Source: Centroscyllium fabricii (Eukaryota). From it: 64,000 nucleotides of DNA. The notes beneath the pieces are model-generated. The model worked only from the letters and a program-made list of their open reading frames with translations. It ran no database searches and was not told the DNA's origin. The stretch lies in NCBI GenBank assembly GCA_051313645.2, contig JBNRSN020000010.1, positions 2,356,001 through 2,420,000 on the forward strand, written 5' to 3'. A program made the translations under genes and the position numbers. Below are positions 16,585-28,337 of this stretch, piece after piece; positions within the stretch are counted from its first letter, which is position 1, and the number at the start of each line of letters is the position of its first letter.

Positions 16585-16805
16585 CCAAAGACATGCAGGT
16601 TAGGTGAATTGGAGATGCTAAAAATTGTCCATGTATATGTGTGTGAGATATAGTTCTTAGAGTTGGGTATGTCGGGGGATATGGGGAGAGGGTAGGAGGG
16701 GGGGAGCTGTGATTGGATGATCAGCCATGATCTCATCACAAAATGGCGGAGCGGGTTCGAAGGGCCGAATGGCCTCCTCCTGCTCCAATCTTCTGTGCCT
16801 GTGTC
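16585..16805 (+). mobile_element. 5'-truncated V-SINE/HE1-like SINE, array copy 5
   Basis: Same sequence and flanks; 2714 bp from copy 4. Confidence 0.8.
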
Positions 16806-19800
16806 TCATCAATCAATCCATCCTCTGTACTTCAAATCGTACAATACGCTCTACAATCAGACATTCATGAAATCATCCAATCATCAACACATCCAACACA
16901 AACACCAGACATACCACACACTCTCCGTTCAAAGCCACATCCATCCATCATTCCTTCCATTAATTTACCTCCCCATCCATTTATTCACCCCTCCTTCCAT
17001 TCAACCTATTCTGTGTCCAAAACTCTCATCCTTCCATTCACTGAACAGATATTCCAACCAACATTAACATCATCCATTCTCTCCTGCATAAATACAACTG
17101 CCTCATTGTCGAGCATTGTCTCCAAACATCAATAAATCAATTCACTATACTTCCAATCATCCAATTTTCTCTACAATCGTTCATTGATCCATCCATTTAT
17201 GCATTCATTCAACATCTCATCAATCAAACAACTCTTCAATACAATAACCCATCATTCATCTATCTATAACGTCAACCAATCATATGTCCCGTTGAACAAC
17301 TCCCCATCAAGGTCTCCTTCAAAACATTGATCTATAAACTCAAACAACTGGCATTCTGTACTCTCTTCAGTCATCCATCCATTCGTTGAAAAAACTATCC
17401 ATCTATGAATCAGTTCCTCCAAACATCCAACCATCCACCAGTCCAAAACTCCTCTATCCCAACGCCCTCTAAATAAAACACAAACCATCCATTCGAAAAG
17501 TTATCCTAACAACTCTACACCCATTCGTTCAAACCACCCATCCATCAAAATGTTACTCCATTCATTCATCCCTTTATCAATTCAACTAGGTGTCCATCGC
17601 ACAATTGGGACCAATCATCCTTCCATTCAACTACCTATCCATCCAACTCTTCCTCATTTACTTCATCTTCCATTCATTCAATAAAACTGGTGCAACATTC
17701 ACTCCATTCAATCACCCCTTTTTCAGCCTAGCTGCCTGTTCATACCACAGTCCCTTGGATGAACAATTCTTCCACTGAACCAGACCTGTATTCATTCATC
17801 CCTCGATCCATCAACCAGTTCTCCATCCACTCTCTTCATTCATACCATTCATCAAATCCTTGACATTCCACTTTCGCTTTGAATAAACATCCATCCACTC
17901 AACCAACTCTCTGGCTAACACACTCTATTCATTCTTCTCTCAATCCACAGCTCGTCCATCCAGCACAACCTGTTCTCGTTCATCCATCTATATATATACC
18001 GCCACATCAGAATCCAACATTGAATCCAATCATCAATCGATCTATCCACTGTTCTTCCCATCACCCAATGCTCTCTACAATCATTCATTCATCCATCCAC
18101 CCATCCAGTCACCTATCCAACCAACAGGCGTTCCATCCAACATACATCCTTGCATTCAATCAATTCTCGATGCAACACTCTCTCCGTTCCTTCCCCTTTC
18201 GATTCATATAAACATCCATCCATCCATCCGCCTATCCCTACATTCATTCAGTGCCTAATCAATTCCACTACATGGCCTTTCAAATTTTCCACTGTCCAAC
18301 AATCCATCCACCCAAACACAATATATACCACACACTCTCCATTCAATAGCCCATCCAACAAGCAATCTCTCCATTCATTGAAATCGCCATTTATTCAGCC
18401 ACACTTATAAAAAACACTCCCTCCATGCATTCATTCTTCAATCCCCAACATTCTCTCCATTAATTTACATCATCAATTACTGAAACAATTCTCTGTCGAA
18501 TGTTACATCCATTCATTCTTCCCTCTATAAATGTAACCATCACTCTATCGAACATTCCCTCCAATCATCCATCAATCCATGTATTGAACCATCCATTCAT
18601 CTATCATTGAATCCAATCGTCTATCAATCCATCCACTGTACTTTCAATCATTCAATATTTCCCACAATCATTCATCCATCCAATGACCAGCACATAAAAC
18701 ACGATCTCCATCCAACTCTACATCCTTCCATGCAATCAATTTTCCATCCAGCACCCTCTTCATTCCGTCATCGTTCCACTCATGCAAAGACACATCCATC
18801 AAACGTTCCCACCATTCAGTCACCCCTTTACTAATTCAACAACATCGCAAAATCCTCCTGGCATAATAGCCATCCGCTCATTCACCCATTCATCCAAATG
18901 TTCTTTCAATTACTTTACCTTTCCAGTCATCCAGCCATCTAACCATCCAAAACTCTCTCCATTCAATCAAATCTTCATTCATTCCACTGCGGATCAATCC
19001 AACTCTCCGTTCCTTGATTCATTCTACCAGCCATTCAAACAATGTTCCATCCAGCACTCACTCCATTACTTCACCCCTCCATCCATTTAACCCATTCTGT
19101 GACCGAAAATCTCATCCATCCATTTACTGAACAGATATTCCATCAAACTTAAATCCATTCATTCTTACCTCCATAAATAGAATCGCCTCTATGTCGACAA
19201 TAGTCTCCAAACATCAACCAATCCATCCAAGATACTTCCAAACATCCAATACTCTCTTCATTCTTTCATTCTGTTATGTCTTCATTCCACCTCTCACCCA
19301 TCCAATACGTTTTCTATTCAATAATCCATCATTCATTTATCAATCATGTCAACCAATCATCGATTCATTCAACAACTCCCAATCCAGCTCTCTTTCCAAA
19401 CATCGATCTATAAACTCAGACATCTGTCCATCCTGTACTCCCTTCAATTATCCATCCATTGAAACAGCTATCATCTATGAATCAGTTCCTCCAAACATCC
19501 ATCCATCCATCAATCCAAATATTTTCATCCCCACCCGCCCGCCAAACAAACAAAAATCCATGCATTCGAACAGTTATTCATTTAAATCTTCCTCCATTCG
19601 TTCAAACCAAGCATCCATGTAAAGTTCCCTCCATTCATTCATTCCTTTATCAATTAAACTAGATTTCCATCCCACAATTGGGACCAATCATCCCTCCATT
19701 CAACGTCCTATCGATCCAGCTCTCCCTCATTTCGCCCAACTTCCACTCATTCAAAAAACAACTTCTGCAACGCTCACTCCATTCAGTCATTCGTTGTCAG

Positions 19801-20832
19801 CTAAACTGACTGTTCATACCACAGTCCCTTTGATCAACCATTATTCCACTCAACACGCTCTGTATTCATTCATTCCTCGAACTATTCAATCAGATCTCCA
19901 TCCTGTCCCTTCATTCATTCCTTTATCATTCAACTACCTGAGCTTCCACATACCCTCTGATTAATCTCCCATTCACTCAAACAACTCTCCAGCCAACACA
20001 CGTTATTCATTCTTCTTTCAATCCACAGCTCACCAATCCAGCACACCCTGTATTATTTCATCCCTCCATGAATACAAACGATTATGAATCCAACTTTTCA
20101 TCCAATCATCAATCAATCCGCCAACTCTGTATCCAAACATTCAATAATCTCTAATCATTCCCACATCCATCAATCCATTCTCCTGCACATACACAATGTG
20201 TACCATCCAGCACGATATCCTTCCATTCATCCAATTCTCCATCCAACACTCTCTCCATCCTTCAGCTTTGCCTTCATTCTCTCACCCATTCAACCGATTT
20301 TTTCCCATTAATTCAACTCTTTATCAAGTCCACTTCCTGCCCGTCCAGGTAGACCTCTGTCCAACTATCCATCCACCCAAACCCCATCCATCCCACCCAC
20401 TCTCCATTCAGCAACCCATTCAATCAAAAACACTCTCCATTCATTCACGTCTCCGTCCATGCAACCGAGCTTCTATCCAACCCATTCTCCATTATTTCAC
20501 CTCCACATACATTCGAGCAATCTTCTTTCCAACTCCTCCTCCATACTTTCATTATTTAATCTCCCACACTCTCTAAATTCATTTACATCTTCATTCTCTG
20601 AAAAGATTCACCATCCGACATTACCTCCACTCATTGTTTCCTCTATAGATTCAACCATCTCTCTTTCGAACATTCACTCCAAACATCAATCAATCCATCT
20701 ATTGAACCATCCGCTCATCCAACATTGAGTCCAATCATCAATCAATCCATCCACTGTACTTTCAATCATTCAATACTTCCGACAATCATCCATCCGTCCA
20801 TCCATTCAATCACCTGCACATCCGACATGCTC

Positions 20833-21031
20833 TGAACCTTAATGTTAGGGGGATTGCCTAGGTGGTGATAGGGTGGGATATGTGTCGATGGAGGCTCGAT
20901 AGGGATCGAGGGATGTGGGGAGAGGGCGGGGGTGGGGTACTGGGTTTGCATGATCTCATTGAATGGCAGAGCAGGTTCGAAGGGCCGAATGGCCTACTCC
21001 TGCTCCTAGTTTCTATTTTTCTATGTTTCTA
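20833..21031 (+). mobile_element. 3' half of HE1-like SINE (same subfamily as 61797-62206)
   Basis: Matches the reverse complement of ~61800-62010 (GATAGGGTGGGATATGTGTCG..GGCTCGATAGGGATCGAGGGAT); CR1-type tail. Confidence 0.85.
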
Positions 21032-21176
21032 CATCTCTATTAATTCCACTATGGATCTATATAACACTCCCTCCCTTTCATTAATTCTACCAGCCTGTCA
21101 ACGAATTCTCCATCCATCACTCTCTCCATTAAATTACCTCTGCATCAAGTCATTCATCCCTCCACCCATTGAACCC

Positions 21177-23794
21177 GAACGGGGACACACGAACGGAGGT
21201 AGTATGGGCGGAGCTTAGAAATAGGAAAGGGGCGGTAACGTTAGTGGGAGTCTTTTATAGACCACCAAATAGTAACAGGGATATGGAGGAGGAAATTGCA
21301 CGACAAGTAATGGATGGATGTGGGGGACATAGGGTAGTTATCATGGGAGATTTCAATTTCCCTAATATAGACTGGACTCTATGTAGGTCAAATAGTGCAG
21401 ATGGAGAGATTTTCATACAATGCGTGCAGGAAGGTTTCCTGACAATACGTGGAGGAACCAACAGGGGGTGGGGCAACGTTGGACCTGGTTCTGGGAAATG
21501 CACCAGGCCAAGTGGTAGAACTGGGGGTAAGGGAGCACTTTGGGGACAGTGACCCCAACTCGGTGACGTTCACAATAGTAATGGAGAAGGATAGGAGCAT
21601 GAGGCAGGGTAAGGTATACAGCTGGGGGAGGGGAAATTACGACAGGGTTAGGCAGGATTTAGCTAACCTCGATTGGGAACGGGAACTTGCTGGGAGGGGA
21701 AGGGAAGAAAAAAAGAGAGTGTTCAGGGAGCAAATTATGAAAGCCCTGGATAAGCATGTCCCGAGTAGGATGGGAAACAAGGGAAAGATGAGAGAACCGT
21801 GGATCACGAAGGAGGTAGAACATTTAGTAAAGAAGAAGAAGGAGGCATATGATAGAATGAGAAAGCAGAGTACAGCATGGGTGTGAAAGGAGTACAAAGA
21901 AGCAAGGAAAGAACTGAAGAATGGGCTAAGGAAGGCAAAGGGAGGGCATGAGAAGGCATTAGCGTGAAGGATAAAGGAGAACCCTAAGGCTTTCTATGCT
22001 TACGTAAGAAATAAAAGGTTGACTAGAATAAGAGTAGGGCCGATCAAAGACGGCAAGGGAGAAATGTGCACGGAGCCAGAGGAAATTGGGGAAGCCCTAA
22101 ATGATTATTTTGCGTCCGTGTTCACAAGGGAGAGGGAACTAAAAGTAGAGGAGGAGTGCAAGATACAAGGGGAAAGGATGGGGGAAATTAATATTCAGAG
22201 GGAGGAGGTATTAGATATTTTGGAGAAACTGAAGGTAGACAAATCTCCTGGGCCAGATGGGATATATCCATGGATTCTCTGGGAAGCGAGGAACAAAATC
22301 GCAGAACCACTGACCTCTATCTTTAGCTCCTCGCTATCCTCGGGGATAGTCCCTGAGGACTGGAGAGAGGCAAATGTGGTTCCCATATTTAAAAAGGGGA
22401 GCAGGGACGTGCCAGGGAACTACAGACCAGTCAGCCTTACCTCGGTGGTCGGAAAGGTGATGGAAAGGGTCCTGAGGGACAGGATCTACGACCATCTAGA
22501 AAGGGGCAAATTAATCAGGAGCAGTCAGCACGGATTCGTTAAGGGCAAATCGTGCCTGACCAACCTGATAGAACTTTTTGAAGAGGTGACCAAGTGTGTG
22601 GACGAGGGAAAGGTGGTTGATGTTATATATATGGACTTCAGCAAGGCGTTCGACAAGGTCCCGCACGGTCGACTCATGAAGAAAGTAAGGAGTTGCGGGG
22701 TAAACAACGAAGTGGTGGGATGGATTGAGGACTGGCTGGCTCAGAGGAAGCAGAGGGTAGTGGTAGAGGGCCAATACTCGGGTTGGAGACCGGTCACCTG
22801 TGGGGTACCACAGGGGTCGGTGATGGGGCCACTACTATTTGTAATCTTTATCAATGACTTGGAGGAGGGGACTGAGGGGTGGGTCAGCAAATTTGCGGAT
22901 GACACAAAGATTGGGGGAGTAGTGGATGAGGAGGAAGGAAGTAGAAAGATTCAGAGGGATATAGATAGGATGCAGAGCTGGGCTGAAGAATGGCAAATGG
23001 AGTTCAACACGGGGAAATGCGAGGTGATGCACTTCGGTAGGGCAAATAGGAAGAGGGAATATAGGGTCAACGGCAGGGTCCTGAGCGAAGCAGAGGAGCA
23101 AAGGGATCTGGGAGTATATGTACACAGATCATTGAAGGCTGCCACCCAGGTGGACAATGCAGTAAAACAGGCCTATGGTGTATTGGCCTTCATCAACAGG
23201 GGAATAGAGTTTAAGAACCGGGAGGTCATGCTACAGCTGTACAGGTCACTGGTGAGACCACACTTGGAGTACTGTGTGCAGTTCTGGGCACCGTACTACA
23301 GGAGGGATGTGGAGGCATTGGAGAGGGTACCGAGGAGATTCACCAGGATGCTGCTGGGAATGCGGGGAAAGTCGTACGAGGAGAGGTTGAGGGAGCTAGG
23401 ACTCTTCTCCCTGGAACGGAGAAGGAAGAGGGGGGACTTAATAGAGATGATTAAAATGATGAAGGGGATCGATAGAGTAAACGTGCTAAGACTGTTTCCC
23501 CGGGTGGGAAGAACGACAACAAGAGGGCACGAGCACAAGATTCAAGGAGGAAGATTCAGAAGGGATGGCAGGGGCAAGTTCTTTACACAGAGAGTGGTCG
23601 GGTAATGGAATAGGCTACCATCTGAAATAGTGGATGTGGACAGTCTGGGTGCTTTTAAAAGGATGATAGATAGGTACATGGAGGGGAAGGAAGAGTAGGG
23701 GGGACCAGAATAATCAGAGACGGACTAAGTGCGGCACTACATTGAGGGCCCAAGGGCCTGTACAGTGCTGTATGTTCTATTTTCCATGTTCTAT
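21177..23794 (+). mobile_element. Young 5'-truncated CR1 LINE (ORF2: APE endonuclease C-half + reverse transcriptase), disabled
   Basis: Endonuclease motifs VGVFYRPPN, MGDFNFPNIDW, LDLVL. RT motifs KSPGPDG, NYRPVSLTS, QHGF, DFSKAFDKVPH, GVPQGSVMGP, FADD. Frameshift near 21445; stops near 21884, 21965, 23603. (TATGTTC) tail; AACCC duplicated at 21172-21176 and 23795-23799. Confidence 0.95.
22019..23605 (+). pseudogene. CR1 ORF2 reverse-transcriptase segment (528 aa open stretch of an interrupted ORF)
   Basis: ORF track protein has the canonical non-LTR RT motifs; upstream part of ORF2 is broken by stops and a frameshift. Confidence 0.9.
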
Positions 23795-26700
23795 AACCCA
23801 TTCCGTGCCCAAAACGCTCATCCATTCATTTACCTCTTCATTCACTCTAACGTCATTGAATCAAATATTACATACATTCATTCTTCCAAACTTTAGTTCA
23901 ACCACCTCTCCATCCAGCATTGCCTCCAATCTCCATTCAATTCTTCCACAGAACGATGCATTCATCCAGCAAACCCTCGAAACATCAATCATTCCATCCA
24001 CTGTCCCCCAGGAATCCAATACTCCATACAAACATTCATTCATATTTTAATTCATACATTCATTCAAACTCTCATCGTTCCAACAACTCTTCCATTTAAT
24101 AATCCATCATCCATCTATCCAACACCTCATCCTATCTGCTATCCATTCAACAACTCCCCATCCAGCACTCCTTCCGAACATCGATCTATAAACTCAACCA
24201 TCTGCCCATCCAGTAGACCTTACAATCATCCATTGAAATGGTCCATCCATCCTTTGAGATCTTCCAAAGATCCATCAATTAAACAGACGTCTATCCCACA
24301 CACACACACCAAATAAACCACAACCCATCCATTCAAACAATTATATATTCAATTCTTCCCCCATTCATTCAAACCACTCATCCATGTAAATCTCCATTCC
24401 ATCATTCCTTTACCAATTCAACAAGCTGTTTTCCCACAATTGGGACCAATCATCCATCCTTTCAATTACCTCTACATCCAACTCTTCCTCGAATCTTTCA
24501 TTTTCCCAATCGCTCAAAAACGAACTCATGCAACCTTCACTCCATTCAGTCATCGCTTTATCAGCTAAACTCACTGTTCATACCACAGCCCCTTTGATCG
24601 ACCATTCTTCCACTCAACATGACTTGTATCCATTCATCCCTCGATCCATTCAACCAGTTGTCCATCCTCTCCCTTCATTCACACCTTTATCATTCAACCA
24701 CATGAGCGTCCCCGTTCCATCTGATGAATGACCTATCCACTCAAACAAGTCTCTGGCCAACACACTCTTCTCATTCTTCTCTCAATCCAATGCTCATCCA
24801 TCCAGCACACCGTGTACTCCTTCATCCATCCATAAATACAACCACGTCTGCCATCAACTTTCCCTCTAATCATAAATCAATCCATCCACTGTGCTGCCAA
24901 TCCATACAATACTCTCAAAAATCATTCACTCATTCATCCATCCATTCACCTAACCATCCACCATGCACTCCATCCAAAACGACAACCTTGCATTCAACCA
25001 ATTATCGATCCAACACTCTCTCCATTCCTACAGATTTTCATTCATTCAATCACCCATCCATCCGACTGCCTCTCCATTCATTCACCTTTTTATCAATTAC
25101 ACCACCTGCCCTTCTAAATGTACCCCTGTCCAACTATCCATCTACCCAAATACGATCCATCCCACATAATTGCAATTCAAAACCTCATCGGTCAAACAAT
25201 CTCTCCATACATTCACTTCTACATCCACGTAACCAAGCATGTATCCAACCAGTTATCCATTCATTCAACCACACATATTTCCAACACTCCCTCAATTCAT
25301 TCAGTCGTCAATATAATGAAATCTCACTATTCATTTACCTGTTCATTAACTGAAATAATTATCCATCCAACATTCGATCCATTCATTCTTCCCTCTATAA
25401 ATTCAAGCATCTCTCTGTCGAACATTCCCTAAAAACATTAATTAATCCATGTATTGAGCCATCCATTCATCCAACATTGACTCCAATCAACAATCAATCT
25501 ATCCACTATAATTTCAATCATTCAATACTTCCTATAATCATTCATTCAAACCCCTGACCTTACACCACGCTCTCCAGCCATCACCACATCCTTCCAGTCA
25601 AACACATCTTCATCCAATCAATTCTTCGTCCATTCATGCAAACCACTCATCCACCGAAATTTCCCTCCATTCATTCATCCCTTTATCATTTCAACTATCT
25701 GTCCATTCCAATATTTGGACCAATCTTCCATCCAGTCAGCTACTTATCCATCCAATGCTCCCTCCATTCATTCATCTTCCACGCATTCAAAAACCATCAC
25801 GTGCAACGTTCACTCCATTCAGTCATCCGTTTAATAGTTACTGTCTCTTCATAACACATTTACTTTGATCAAACGTTCTTTCACTCAAAATGCTCTCTAT
25901 TCATTAATCAACCGATCCATTAAACCAGATTTTCACCCACTCTCTTCATTTATCCCATTCATCAATTACCTCAGCTTTCACATTCCCTCTGATCAATCAC
26001 CCATCCACTGAAACAAATCTCTAGCCAACATGTTCAATTCATTCTACTCTCAATCCACAGCTCATCCATCCAGCACACACTGCACTCGTTTTGCCATACA
26101 TAAGTACAACGACTTCTGAATCCAACATTCCCTCCAGTCAACAATCACAATACATTATATAATTTGATGCAATCTGATTCATTCATCCATCCATCCAATC
26201 ACTCTCCCATCCAACACGCTGACCATCCAACACTGCATCCTTGCAATCAACCAAATCTCGGTCCAAAACTCTCTCCATTTCTTCAGCTTTGCATTAATTC
26301 ATTCACCCATCCATCTAATTTTCCCTCCATTCATTCACCTATTTATCAATTGCACTACCTGCGGTTCCAAATTAACCCCTGTCCAACTATCTATCCACCC
26401 AAACACCATCCATCCCACACACTCGTCATTAAACACCCCAGCCAACAAACACTCTCTCCATTCATTTTCACCTCCACATTCATTCAACCAGTTTTCATTT
26501 CAAAACTCCCTCGAATCATTCGTTTTTCAATCAACAATACGTTATCTATTCATTTCACTGAAAACATTCTCCATCCAACATTACATTCATTCAGTCCTTC
26601 CTCTATAACTTCAACCATCTCTCTATTGAACATTCTCTCCCACCATCAATCAATCCATCTACAGAACCATCTATTCATCCAACATTGAATCCAAACATCA

Positions 26701-27943
26701 ATCAATCCATCCACTGTACTTCCAGTAATCCAATAATTCCTATAATCATTCATTCATCCAAGCTCCTGTACACCCAATGCGCTCTCCATCCAATAACACA
26801 TCCTGCCATTAAACCAATCGAGCGCCTTATTCATTCCTTCACTTTTCTATTCATGTAAACATCCATCCATGACACTTTCAGAGCATTCATTCAACCCTTT
26901 ACTCATTCAACAACCTCTCCAGTGAAAAATCCTTCTGACATAATATCCATCCATTCAATCACCCATCCATCCAACAACCTATCCATTCAACTCTCCCTCC
27001 TATCATGCATCTTGCTCATATTAAGAAAGACACTCATGCAACTTTAACTCCATTCAATCATCCCTCTGTCAGCTAACTGCCTCTTCATACAAAGGTTCCT
27101 TTGATCAACCATTCGTCCACTCAACACGTCCTGTATTCATTCATCCCTCGACCCAATTAACCAGTTCTCCATCCACTCCCTTCAGTCATCCCTTTATCCA
27201 TTCAGCTACTGGAGCTTCCCCATTCCTTCTGATCAATCACACATCTGCTCAAGTAAATCTCTGGCCAACACGCTCTATTTATCCTTCTCCCAATCCGCAT
27301 CTCTGCATCCTGTACACCCTGTACTCTTTCATCCATCCATAAATACAACCATGTCTGCATCCAACATTACCTCTAATCATCAACCTATTTATCCACTGTA
27401 CTTCCAATCATTCAATACGCTGTACAATCATTCATTCATTCATCCAATCAGCTACCCACCAAGACTCTCTCCATACACCACAACCTTGCATTCAAACAGT
27501 TTTCGAACAAACACTTCCTCCATTCCTTCAACATTGCATTTATTCAGTCACAAACTTCAATCTCCAACACTCTCTCCATTCAGTACCCTCCACATTCAAC
27601 CAAGCAGCCTTCTTTCCAACACGCCCTCCAATCTTTCATTCTTCAATCCCCAATAATCTCTCCGTTCTTTTACCCAATCATTCACTGAAAAAACCTCCAG
27701 TCAACATTTCATCCATTCATTCTTTCCTCTATATATTCAGCCATATCGCTATCAACCATTCCCTCCCAGCATCAATCAATCCATTTATTGAACCATCCAT
27801 TCATCCAACATTGAGTCCAATCATCAATCAATCGATCCACTGTACTTTCAAACATTCAATACTTCCGACAATCATTCATCCATCCAATCACCTGTACAAC
27901 CAACACACGCTCTCCAACCAATACCACAACCTTCCATTAAACC

Positions 27944-28337
27944 GCAAGAAGTCACACAACACCAGATTATAGTCCAACAGTTTTATTTTAAATCACAAGC
28001 TTTCGGAGCTTTTGCCCCTTTGTCAAGTGGGAAGAGAGACTGACTTAAAGAACACACATATCGGAGGAAGGGAGAAATCCGATCTCTTCCACATCTCACC
28101 TTAGCAGAGACAGACAGAGCACACAAAGGTATATTAACATATTTTAACACATCAGTCTGTGCCTCATTGCTCGCAGACTGATGTGTGTGTTATTTAAGTC
28201 AGTCTCTCTTTCCACCTAACGAAGGGGCAAAAGCTCTGAAAGCTGGTGATTTAAAATAAAACTGTTGGACTATAATCTGGTGTTGTGTGACTTCTTGCAA
28301 TTGTCCACCCCAGTCCAACACCGGCACCTCCACATCT
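27944..28337 (+). mobile_element. Non-autonomous Penelope-like element with inverted pseudo-LTR arms and degenerate minimal hammerhead motifs
   Basis: ~115-bp inverted repeats (27944-28058 / ~28184-28298), ~40-bp 3' tail, 12-bp TSD TTCCATTAAACC (27932-27943 / 28338-28349). Arm contains CTAACGA-AGGGGC-AAAA-GCTCT-GAAA. Confidence 0.7.
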
